64,000 nt of DNA from Sedimentisphaeraceae bacterium JB056 (GTDB taxonomy: Bacteria; Planctomycetota; Phycisphaerae; Sedimentisphaerales; Sedimentisphaeraceae): contig JBITAJ010000028.1 of assembly GCA_044440125.1 (NCBI GenBank), positions 32,001 through 96,000 of the forward strand, read 5' to 3'. The translations under genes were made by a program, and so were the position numbers. Positions within the stretch are counted from its first letter, which is position 1. The number at the start of each line of letters is the position of its first letter. The notes under the pieces are model-generated. The model saw only the letters and a program-made list of their open reading frames with translations. It had not been told where the DNA came from and searched no databases. Positions 39,621-48,219 of this stretch are shown in pieces.

Positions 39621-39953
39621 ATGGCAAAGAAAACAGCAAAGAAAACAGTGAAGAAAGCAACAAAGAAGGCAGCAGCTAAGAAGGCTGCACCGAAAAAAGC
39701 AGCAGCTAAAAAGGCAGCTCCAAAAAAAGCTGCAAAGAAAGCCGCTCCAAAGAAGGCAGCAAAGAAAGCTGCAGCTCCAAAGGAAGTACTCTTTGTAGCA
39801 AGCAAGGTTAAAGCCTACATCAAGCAGAGCGATAAGATGACTGCTTCAGAGACTCTCGAGACTCTAAACGCAAAGATCTACGCAATGCTCGACGATGCTA
39901 TCAAGAGAACTGACGGCAATGGTCGTAAGACTGTTAAGCCTCAAGATCTTTGA
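39621..39953 (+). CDS. Bacterial histone-fold protein with a Lys/Ala/Pro-rich H1-like N-terminal tail
   Basis: Residues 1-54 are KKAA(P/A) repeats; residues 55-110 EVLFVASKVKAYIK...AIKRTDGNGRKTVKPQDL have the histone-fold L2 RKTV..D motif and resemble Bdellovibrio histone Bd0055 (from memory). Confidence 0.85.
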   Translation: MAKKTAKKTVKKATKKAAAKKAAPKKAAAKKAAPKKAAKKAAPKKAAKKAAAPKEVLFVASKVKAYIKQSDKMTASETLETLNAKIYAMLDDAIKRTDGNGRKTVKPQDL

Positions 39954-39980
39954 TCCTTAAAAAACAGGATTAAGCAACTT

Positions 39981-40016
39981 AAAAAAAGGCCGCTTTTTAT
40001 AAGCGGCCTTTTTTTT
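39981..40016 (+). terminator. Intrinsic terminator after the histone gene
   Basis: AAAAAAAGGCCGCTT-TTTAT-AAGCGGCCTTTTTTTT. Confidence 0.85.
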
Positions 40017-40048
40017 ATTGCCGCAGCTCAATATCAATGCCGTAGATA

Positions 40049-40244
40049 TACATTTTTGTACACACAAAATTGTATATACAAAAACTTCAAAACACATTTT
40101 TGTACAAAACCAGCCTTTATAAATACAGCTAAATTAATCCATCAGTTTTTTATATATACTTGAAAGAAGCGTATAAATAACTATTTAAAAAGAGCTTAAA
40201 TACTTGGCAGATATCAGAATCATTTTTATGGCACACTAATTGTT
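40049..40244 (+). promoter_or_regulatory. Putative sigma54 promoter of amtB-glnK with upstream activator sites
   Basis: TGGCAC-ACTAA-TTGTT at 40229-40244 (-12 is GT rather than GC); YACA-N4-TGTA boxes at 40049-60, 40063-74 and 40093-104. Confidence 0.5.
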
Positions 40245-40340
40245 TACAAATAAGTCGACGTCAAATCGTGTTCTATCGAGTGTGGTTAGATTCGATAGTG
40301 TAGACTAATAGATAGTGCTTAGAAATGGAGCTATAGTAAA

Positions 40341-41711
40341 ATGCTTAATTTGGGTTTTAGCAAAAGCCGCATGAAATTTATGCCGCTTTTGCCGATAGTG
40401 ATAGGTTGTATATGCGCAAGCGCAGGTGCCGAAGAGGTAAATGCGGATTTGAGCAGTGAAGTATCGAGAATTGCCGGCGGACTCAATACCGTTTGGGTTC
40501 TCTTAGGTGCATTTCTCGTGTTTTTCATGCAAGCAGGATTTGGAATGGTTGAAGCCGGATTCATTCGTGCTAAAAACACCTGCAACATTCTTACGAAAAA
40601 CTTCCTTGATTTCTGTATGGCCTCTCTGGGCTTCTTCATTATAGGCTACGCGCTTATGTTTGGAGACGGAAATGGATTCTGCGGTGCAAAAGGATGGTGC
40701 CTTGCAGGTCTTGAAGATAATGTAGGCGGACTTCCATTGTACGCATTCTGGCTTTTCCAGGCCGCATTCTGCGGTGCCGCAGCAACAATTGTTGCAGGTG
40801 GAATGGCTGAAAGAATGAAATTCACAGCATACCTTGTATACACCTTCATCATCTCAGCAATAGTGTATCCTATTGTAGGTCACTGGGTTTGGGGCGGTGG
40901 CTGGCTTAGCGAAATGGGATTCAGCGACTTTGCAGGTTCAGCAGTTGTACACACAACAGGTGGTGTTGCAGCCTTGGTAGGAACAATCATCCTCAAACCT
41001 CGTACCGGCAAATACAGTATTGACGGCAAGCCAAACGTAATATCTGCTCATAACATACCGATTGCATCACTTGGTGTATTCATCCTCTGGTTCGGTTGGT
41101 TTGGATTCAACGCAGGTTCAACACTTGGAGTTGATGACGGTCACACCATCGGCAGAGTTGCAATCAACACTAATATAGCAGCGGCTGCAGGTGGAATAAT
41201 TGCAATGCTTACAGTTTGGAAAAGATTCGGCAAGCCTGATCTTTCAATGGCAATGAACGGTGCTCTGGCAGGTTTGGTAGCAGTAACAGCACCTTGTGCT
41301 TTCATTGACCCATGGGCTGCGATAGTTATTGGCGGTATTGGCGGATGGATTGTTGTCCGCGGCGTTGAACTGCTTGACAAGCTGCAAATAGACGATCCGG
41401 TTGGTGCTTTCCCTGTTCACGGCATGTGCGGTATATGGGGTACTATCAGCATCGGCATATTTGGCAAAGAGGCCCTGGGCCTTCCACACAGTGGACTTGT
41501 TTACGGAATGAACCCGACAATGCTGGGTATACAAATAGTAGGTATTGTGGCAATCGGTGCTTTCGTACTGATATCAATGGGGCTTGTGTTCAAGCTTATA
41601 GATGCGACAATCGGCCTGAGAGTAGCACCGGAAGAAGAGATTCGCGGTCTGGATATAACAGAGCATGGAATGGAATCTTACGGCGGCTTCCAGATATTCA
41701 GCAGCCAGTGA
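40341..41711 (+). CDS. amtB: Ammonium transporter
   Basis: FFMQAGF, FQAAFC...TIV.G.MAER, DFAGSAVVH, WFGWFGFN and IDDPVGAFPVHG motifs. Confidence 0.95.
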   Translation: MLNLGFSKSRMKFMPLLPIVIGCICASAGAEEVNADLSSEVSRIAGGLNTVWVLLGAFLVFFMQAGFGMVEAGFIRAKNTCNILTKNFLDFCMASLGFFIIGYALMFGDGNGFCGAKGWCLAGLEDNVGGLPLYAFWLFQAAFCGAAATIVAGGMAERMKFTAYLVYTFIISAIVYPIVGHWVWGGGWLSEMGFSDFAGSAVVHTTGGVAALVGTIILKPRTGKYSIDGKPNVISAHNIPIASLGVFILWFGWFGFNAGSTLGVDDGHTIGRVAINTNIAAAAGGIIAMLTVWKRFGKPDLSMAMNGALAGLVAVTAPCAFIDPWAAIVIGGIGGWIVVRGVELLDKLQIDDPVGAFPVHGMCGIWGTISIGIFGKEALGLPHSGLVYGMNPTMLGIQIVGIVAIGAFVLISMGLVFKLIDATIGLRVAPEEEIRGLDITEHGMESYGGFQIFSSQ

Positions 41712-41777
41712 TAATAATCTAACAGCATTACTTACACAAAAGCCTTAAACGGGTTTGTTTAACAAAAAGGATAAATC

Positions 41778-42119
41778 ATGAAATTAATAGTAGCATATAT
41801 ACAGCCGCATAAGCTTGATGACGTAAAGAAGGCTCTTACAGAAGCCGATGTATGTAAAATGAGTGTAACAAACAGCCTCGGCTGTGGCGCTCAGCAAGGA
41901 TACGAAGAAAGTTATCGCGGTGTTAAATTTGAAGTTAACCTGCTCAAAAAAGTTCGTATAGAGATAGCTGTATCCGAGCCATTCGTAGAAAAAACCGTTG
42001 ATGCAATCATAAAAAGTGCAAGAACCGGTAATATAGGCGATGGCAAGATATTCATACTTGATCTTGGCGAATGCATAAGAATAAGAACAGGTGAACGCGG
42101 CAGAGATGCCATCGGATAA
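41778..42119 (+). CDS. glnK: P-II family nitrogen regulator
   Basis: YRG T-loop, KVRIEI and [19 protein letters not shown] motifs; directly follows amtB. Confidence 0.9.
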   Translation: MKLIVAYIQPHKLDDVKKALTEADVCKMSVTNSLGCGAQQGYEESYRGVKFEVNLLKKVRIEIAVSEPFVEKTVDAIIKSARTGNIGDGKIFILDLGECIRIRTGERGRDAIG

Positions 42120-42153
42120 CCTTAAAACGGTTAAATAATCACGACCTCTACAA

Positions 42154-42225
42154 ATGGCCGGAATGACATAAAGGCAAGTTAAAACCCCTTTCCAACTTAG
42201 TCAAGTCATCCGGCCATCTTTTTTT
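42154..42225 (+). terminator. Hairpin/terminator after glnK
   Basis: ATGGCCGG...CCGGCCAT closing stem with inner stem, followed by a T run. Confidence 0.55.
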
Positions 42226-42238
42226 ACATCATGATACT

Positions 42239-43303
42239 CTAATTTCTTTCGGGCAATTTACCGCCCATTATCGCACTGACAGGCTGTAAGGTTTCAAACT
42301 GCTCGCATATTATCCTTATAACTGCAGTTATAGGTGCCGCCAAAAACATACCCGGCACGCCCCATATCAGCCCCCAGAAAGACAATGCAAGAAGTATAGT
42401 AACCGGATGAAGCCTCAAGCCTTTACCCATTATTTTAGGTTCTATTACATTACCAATTACAATTTGTATAGCTCCCGGGATTAATATCACCAAGACAATC
42501 ATATATGGATTTTCATATTGAGCTAAAGCTATCGGCAACGGTAAAAATGTGGCAATGATAGACCCTAAAGACGGTATGAAATTCAACAGGAATACTGCAA
42601 AAGCGATGAAGAAGGCAAGATCAAGCTTAAAAAGAGCAAGAACAATACCGACAAGTATAGCAGTCGCAGTTGAAACAGTCAGTTTAGTAGAAATATATTT
42701 ACTGATCTGCATACCCATATCATGATACATACCGCTTGCTTCAGGCCCGTGATTGTACCCGGCAAGCAAGAACATCAGAAAAATTATCACAAGAAATAAA
42801 TTTGTAATAGAGCCAAAAAATGTACCGAATGAAGAAGTTATAATTGACGGTATTTTATTTTTAAGCTGTGCTGTTATATCATCCGTTTGGATTTGGATAT
42901 CCAAACTGGTCATTTTCGCATCAAACCAATCAATCATTTTTACAAATTTATCGCTATACTCAACAGCCTTGCCCGCTACCGCTCCAATAGTACCGGTGAG
43001 GAATAAACAAAGCAGCAGGAAAATAACAAGTAAAATCAAAAACGTTGAAATTATCGCTAATATCCTCGGCATCTTCACCTTGCATATTAGATAGTCGAGC
43101 AAAGGCTTAACAAGCTGTTTTATAAAAATCGCCAGAACAAATGGTATAAGAATAGAACTGGCTATCTTCAATGCAAACGCAAGGGCTATAGCCGCTAAAA
43201 TCACCATTGAAATTGTTGTGATCCAATTTTGCTCAAGCTTGAGCCTGTTGGCATTTTCCTCAAGCACATTATGTAAACGCTCGCTATTTTTAGACATACT
43301 CAT
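42239..43303 (-). CDS. AI-2E (PerM/UPF0118) family transporter
   Basis: LNFIPSLGS, GN.IEPKIMGKGL.LHP and WG..GMFLA.P motifs. Confidence 0.9.
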   Translation of the reverse strand: MSMSKNSERLHNVLEENANRLKLEQNWITTISMVILAAIALAFALKIASSILIPFVLAIFIKQLVKPLLDYLICKVKMPRILAIISTFLILLVIFLLLCLFLTGTIGAVAGKAVEYSDKFVKMIDWFDAKMTSLDIQIQTDDITAQLKNKIPSIITSSFGTFFGSITNLFLVIIFLMFLLAGYNHGPEASGMYHDMGMQISKYISTKLTVSTATAILVGIVLALFKLDLAFFIAFAVFLLNFIPSLGSIIATFLPLPIALAQYENPYMIVLVILIPGAIQIVIGNVIEPKIMGKGLRLHPVTILLALSFWGLIWGVPGMFLAAPITAVIRIICEQFETLQPVSAIMGGKLPERN

Positions 43304-43333
43304 CCCCTAAGTTTAATGTATTGATACTTAAAA

Positions 43334-44989
43334 CTATTTAAGTAAGGAATCAAACATTTCGCTGCTAAGGCAGTGCCGCAATTTCTGCAAAGCCTGCAAT
43401 TCAATCTGCCTTACTCTTTCTCCACTTATGCCAAGATCGGCGCCTATCTGTTTCATGCTCTTGTAATTTCGTCTTATCAAAGAACCATCAAGACCAAAAT
43501 GACTTCTTATCACATACTGCTCTCTCTCATTAAGATTCTTTGAGATAACAAGATCCAGATCCTCACCGGCCTGCTCTATTGCCGGCACAGCCGCGACATC
43601 ATTACGTCGCATATCACTATGAAGATGGTCGACATCACTGCCGATTGACACCGATTTATCAGGTACTGATTCGGCAAAACTCCTGGTTATAGCCCAGCTT
43701 GCATAAGTCGCAAACCGAAAACCCTTTCTATAATTATAGCCTTCGACAGCTCTCATAAGAGCTACCGTCCCTTCACTTATAAGATCAGAGAAAGTGGCTC
43801 CCTTATTTATATGGTTTCTCGCAATACTGACTACTAACCTTAAATTTGCACATACAAGTATGTTCTTGATTTTCTCCGCTCTTTTAAGCAAACCCTCTAT
43901 TCGACGGATACTCTTAACACCATCGGAATTATTTGATAACTCACAAAGCCTCGATGCTTCAAATTTAGCACAGTTATAAAGCATAAAAAGATCAAGCTCC
44001 TGATCGCGTGTAAGAAGAGGCATGTCGTTTATCTTATTTACATTACCGGGAAGACTCTCCATATCAGCAGGAGATATCTTGAGCTCAGCTTCGGGTGACT
44101 CCGCAAGTATCTTGGCAACTTTTTCTGGATCCTTAAAATCTTCACTGTTTATAAACTGAATTTCAGAAGCGACAAGATATCTTGCCTTTTGCTGATTTAT
44201 AATCCTGTATATGCTGCTCCTTGAACGATTGTAAGCCGTCATCAGGTTTTTAACCGAAGTGCCGTTCTTGTAGGAATTATATATATTGGCAGCTTGGGCC
44301 GGTGTTATTACAGCCGGACTCGTTACAAATTTAGAAGTCAGTGTCTTAAAATTATTAACCAGCGTATACCTTATAGTTTCAACCGCCCTGCCGCTGCAAC
44401 GAGCAACTTCGCGTATAAGTTTCTGTCTGCTCCAACTCGGATGCTGCTGAGCTAAGCTAAGAGTCAATTCCACAACTTCTTTCTTCTGGTCTTCACTAAG
44501 GCGGGAAAAATTACTGCTTTTGTTAACAAGCTCATCATTCTTTTTGAGAAAATCATTTAGGGCTGATTCAAAAATAGCTATTTTGCGTTTTCCATCCTCA
44601 AAAATAAGACTTCTTGAGATAAGTCCTTTTTTTCTCCAGCGATTTATTGTCTTGGCAGAAACATCAAGCTTCTCGGCAAGTTCGTCAATAGTATAAAATT
44701 TCTCCGTTATCATCTGAACCGGCTGAGAGATAGTCTTGCTCATCGAAAGGACAAAACAGGCAAGATCAGACGACAATATTTCTCCGTTTATTAGATGGGG
44801 TGTAGCCTGGGTCTCCGGTCTGTAACCGGTTATCTTATAACAGACAAATTCAAAAGGATATTGCTGCTGGGGTGAAATGATTGCCGACAGCTCCTGGGCA
44901 GTCTCAAGCATTTTAAGCTTCTGTCTTATAGGGCTGAATCTTTCATCAACAAACAGCTGTTGGATAGAACTGTCTTTAAAGTTCATCAT
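43334..44989 (-). CDS. Planctomycete-type sigma-70 factor with long N-terminal multi-HTH extension
   Basis: Region 2 ANLRLVVSIA...SEG..ALMRAVE.YNYRKGFRFATYASWAI; region 4 GISGERVRQIE..AL.KLR; N-terminal HTHs (ELAEKLDVSAKTINRWRKKGL). Confidence 0.85.
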   Translation of the reverse strand: MMNFKDSSIQQLFVDERFSPIRQKLKMLETAQELSAIISPQQQYPFEFVCYKITGYRPETQATPHLINGEILSSDLACFVLSMSKTISQPVQMITEKFYTIDELAEKLDVSAKTINRWRKKGLISRSLIFEDGKRKIAIFESALNDFLKKNDELVNKSSNFSRLSEDQKKEVVELTLSLAQQHPSWSRQKLIREVARCSGRAVETIRYTLVNNFKTLTSKFVTSPAVITPAQAANIYNSYKNGTSVKNLMTAYNRSRSSIYRIINQQKARYLVASEIQFINSEDFKDPEKVAKILAESPEAELKISPADMESLPGNVNKINDMPLLTRDQELDLFMLYNCAKFEASRLCELSNNSDGVKSIRRIEGLLKRAEKIKNILVCANLRLVVSIARNHINKGATFSDLISEGTVALMRAVEGYNYRKGFRFATYASWAITRSFAESVPDKSVSIGSDVDHLHSDMRRNDVAAVPAIEQAGEDLDLVISKNLNEREQYVIRSHFGLDGSLIRRNYKSMKQIGADLGISGERVRQIELQALQKLRHCLSSEMFDSLLK

Positions 44990-45152
44990 AATAAGAAAAT
45001 AGAGAGAATGAAGGCCAAAGACTCAGCCATCATTTCTCTCTACAGTTTTTCTATAAATACGTCAAGTATCCCTTCGATTTCATTCACAGCCACAATACTT
45101 ACTGTTAGCCATGGCTTCATATGAAATTCGCCTCCCTTCTCCTTGATATATT

Positions 45153-46784
45153 TTAATGTTTAAAGTGTCTTTTGCCGGTAAAGACCATTGCTATTCCGGC
45201 CTTATCTGCGGCGGCGATAACCTCGTCATCCTTTTTTGAGCCGCCGGGCTGAACGATACACGCTATGCCGTGTTTCGCGGCATTTTCAATATTGTCAGGG
45301 AATGGGAAGAAAGCATCTGAACCCATCGCAGAACCACCGGCCTTTATGCCGGCTTGCTTGAATGCAATAAGGCCCGACTCAACACGGTTCATCTGACCGG
45401 CTCCAACACCGACAAGTTTCTTTCCATTAACAAGAGTAATCGTATTGCTCTTTACATGCTTTGCCGTTAGCCATGCTATACGAAGATCTTCAAGCTGCTC
45501 TTCGGTAGGCTTTACCTTTGTAGGGAATGTAAGCTGATCGGACTCCCAGCCAACAAGATCTCTTTGCTGAAGAAGCAACCCGCCTGCTATACATCTGACA
45601 TCATATTCAGATGTATTCATATTATCACGACTTATAGGACCTGTTTCAAGCAGGCGAACTCTCTGACCCCAGCCTTTGAGAGTACGAATTGTTTCAATTG
45701 CGTCAGGAGCGAATTCAGGAGCTATTATAACCTCTGCGAAGAATCCACTGGCACCATTTGCTTTTCCGAAACGTGCATATGATTCCATTATTATAGTCGC
45801 AAGATCGTTATCGATCTTTCTGTTTATAGCTATAATACCGCCAAAAGCACTGACAACATCACCCAAGTAAGCCTTCTCATAGGCAACTGCTATGTCTTTA
45901 TCGATAGCACAACCACACGGATTAAGGTGCTTAACCACAACTGCCGCCGGCTCGTCAAATTCTTTAACAAGCTCAAAAGCAGCATTTGCATCAAGCAGGT
46001 TGTTAAAGCTGATATCAGTAACAGAACCCTCAAGCATCTTGGCGTTTCCGATGCAAACTTCATTACTGTCAGGTAAGCGATAGAACGCACCGCTCTGATG
46101 AGGATTTTCGCCATAACGCAATTCCTTAACCCTTTCAATAGCAATGTTCTGCTTTGAAGGATAAGTAATCTCTGCCTGCTGGTTGAGATATTTGCTTATA
46201 GCAGCATCATATGATGCTGTAAGCCCAAAAGCTTTGCGTGCTAATTCACAACGAAGCTTCATAGTTGTAGCACCATCATTTTCTTCCATCTCAGCAAGCA
46301 CTTTCGCATACTGACATGGACTTGTAACAATGGTTACAAACTTATGATTCTTGGATGCGGAGCGAACCATGCTCGGACCGCCGATATCGATATTCTCAAT
46401 GGCATCTTCAAGTGAACAGTCTGGCTTTGCGACAGTCTGCTCGAACGGATAAAGATTTACGCATACCAAATCAATAGCACCAATATCATGCTTCTCCATA
46501 GCTGCTACATGCTCCTCGTTATCACGAAGAGCTAAAAGTCCGCCATGTATTTTCGGATGAAGAGTTTTAACACGTCCATTCATCATCTCAGGAAAATCAG
46601 TAACAGAATCAACACTGGTAACTTCAACACCTGCATCAGCGATAGCCTTTGCCGTACCGCCGGTACTTATTATTTTTACACCTTTGGAACTAAGCTGCTT
46701 TGCAAAATCAACAACTCCGGTTTTATCTGACACGCTAATCAATGCTGTTTTTATCTTAACATTCATATCTCTATCCATGCTCAA
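45153..46784 (-). CDS. purH: Bifunctional AICAR transformylase/IMP cyclohydrolase
   Basis: ALISVSDK, STGGTA, GRVKTLHP, IDIGGPS, LRYGENPHQ, SDAFFPF and TGKRHFKH motifs. Confidence 0.95.
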   Translation of the reverse strand: MSMDRDMNVKIKTALISVSDKTGVVDFAKQLSSKGVKIISTGGTAKAIADAGVEVTSVDSVTDFPEMMNGRVKTLHPKIHGGLLALRDNEEHVAAMEKHDIGAIDLVCVNLYPFEQTVAKPDCSLEDAIENIDIGGPSMVRSASKNHKFVTIVTSPCQYAKVLAEMEENDGATTMKLRCELARKAFGLTASYDAAISKYLNQQAEITYPSKQNIAIERVKELRYGENPHQSGAFYRLPDSNEVCIGNAKMLEGSVTDISFNNLLDANAAFELVKEFDEPAAVVVKHLNPCGCAIDKDIAVAYEKAYLGDVVSAFGGIIAINRKIDNDLATIIMESYARFGKANGASGFFAEVIIAPEFAPDAIETIRTLKGWGQRVRLLETGPISRDNMNTSEYDVRCIAGGLLLQQRDLVGWESDQLTFPTKVKPTEEQLEDLRIAWLTAKHVKSNTITLVNGKKLVGVGAGQMNRVESGLIAFKQAGIKAGGSAMGSDAFFPFPDNIENAAKHGIACIVQPGGSKKDDEVIAAADKAGIAMVFTGKRHFKH

Positions 46785-46827
46785 TTTATTTTAACAAAAA
46801 AGGATATATATTTGATACCCAACCTAA

Positions 46828-47928
46828 TTACTTGCTGCTTATCTTGGCGAGCTTGCCTTCTTCGCTTAGAACATATATATTATCATCATATATGTTGCGA
46901 CCGCAAATATCAACAGGAGCAAAATTAATCTTGAACTCACTCTTGCCGGTGCGATTATTCATTATACTCAAAAGCTCACCTTCGGTACAAACATAAACAT
47001 CATCACCATTTCTCGCTACAAACGCTACGCCCTCAGGCTCCTGCCAAACGACATCACCTGTCTCAGTATCAAGGGCATACAATCCATTACGGCTTGACTG
47101 CTGATATACATAATCATCATATACGATAGGATTTTTAAGAAGGGAAGAGCCTAAAGGAGCTTTCCACATCAATGTACCAGAAACAGAACTGAGTTTATAA
47201 ACCATTGTATCAAGGCTGCTTATGTAAAGATACTTATCATCCTTAACTATGTCGCCGACTATCTTGGCTGTAGTATTGAAAGCCCAGTATTTTGTTGGTT
47301 CATAAGCCGAAGCGTTGTAAATATTACCCTTTTCGGTAGCAAACCACATGAACTCGTCTTCAACAATCAAAGAAGTGATTTTCGAATCATTGTCCGCTGT
47401 AATCTGGTATTTCAGCCAGTTGCCTTCCCTGTCGTAACAGCTTATTCTGTTATCAAGCCCGGAAACATAAATATAATCATCAGTGAACACTACAGGACAT
47501 ACCGCTGAATTAACAAGCTTCTGTACCATCTTCACAGAAGATGTCTGTGGATCAAGCCTCCAGAGCTCATCACCAACAACAGTATAAAGTGCTCCTTCAT
47601 ACTCTTTCGGTCTCATCATAGGAAGCGAAGGACGGGCAAACTGCTTGATAAAACGGAGTTTACCTTCAAATCTTTCGAAGCAGAATACTGTATTGAGGTC
47701 TGTTATTACATAGACAAACTTTTCAGCAACAATCAGATGATTGATCTTCTCGTTAGATGCAAGAGGAAGGTCATTTTGCCAATCCAGCTTAAGCCCTGCA
47801 CCACTTAGTAAACCTGGAGCAATTATGTCAACTCCGGCATCTTTGGCTATGATGTTTTTCTTAGTACCACTGCAACCGCCAATAATAACAGCAGAGACCA
47901 ACATCCCTAAAACTAAAAATTTTCTCAT
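46828..47928 (-). CDS. PQQ-like beta-propeller lipoprotein (BamB-like)
   Basis: Lipobox IGGC; repeated LYALD.ETG.VVW-type blades. Confidence 0.7.
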   Translation of the reverse strand: MRKFLVLGMLVSAVIIGGCSGTKKNIIAKDAGVDIIAPGLLSGAGLKLDWQNDLPLASNEKINHLIVAEKFVYVITDLNTVFCFERFEGKLRFIKQFARPSLPMMRPKEYEGALYTVVGDELWRLDPQTSSVKMVQKLVNSAVCPVVFTDDYIYVSGLDNRISCYDREGNWLKYQITADNDSKITSLIVEDEFMWFATEKGNIYNASAYEPTKYWAFNTTAKIVGDIVKDDKYLYISSLDTMVYKLSSVSGTLMWKAPLGSSLLKNPIVYDDYVYQQSSRNGLYALDTETGDVVWQEPEGVAFVARNGDDVYVCTEGELLSIMNNRTGKSEFKINFAPVDICGRNIYDDNIYVLSEEGKLAKISSK

Positions 47929-48219
47929 CAGAATACCCTTAATATATAAATACTGTATAATAACATTTAAATATACGCGTAAAAGCTTGCCTGCCTTTGC
48001 TAAACCAAGCGCAAGACAGTCTTTACATAATAAGCCTAAATCCTAACCGGATAAGCCCAAAATTTCAACCAAAATTCATCGTCGAACCGACTTTTTCTTA
48101 CCAGTAGTCTGCATAGCAGGTCACTTAGTCGGCTCAACCCTCAAGCCAATTAAATCTATCTCTAAACTAAAAGCGTGAGGAGTTTAGCCCTCACGCTTAT
48201 TCATTCATTATGATTAGTA

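Noticed and set aside
39605..39805. Minus-strand ORF with AAFF repeats
   Set aside because: Antisense shadow of the Lys/Ala tail codons of the histone gene
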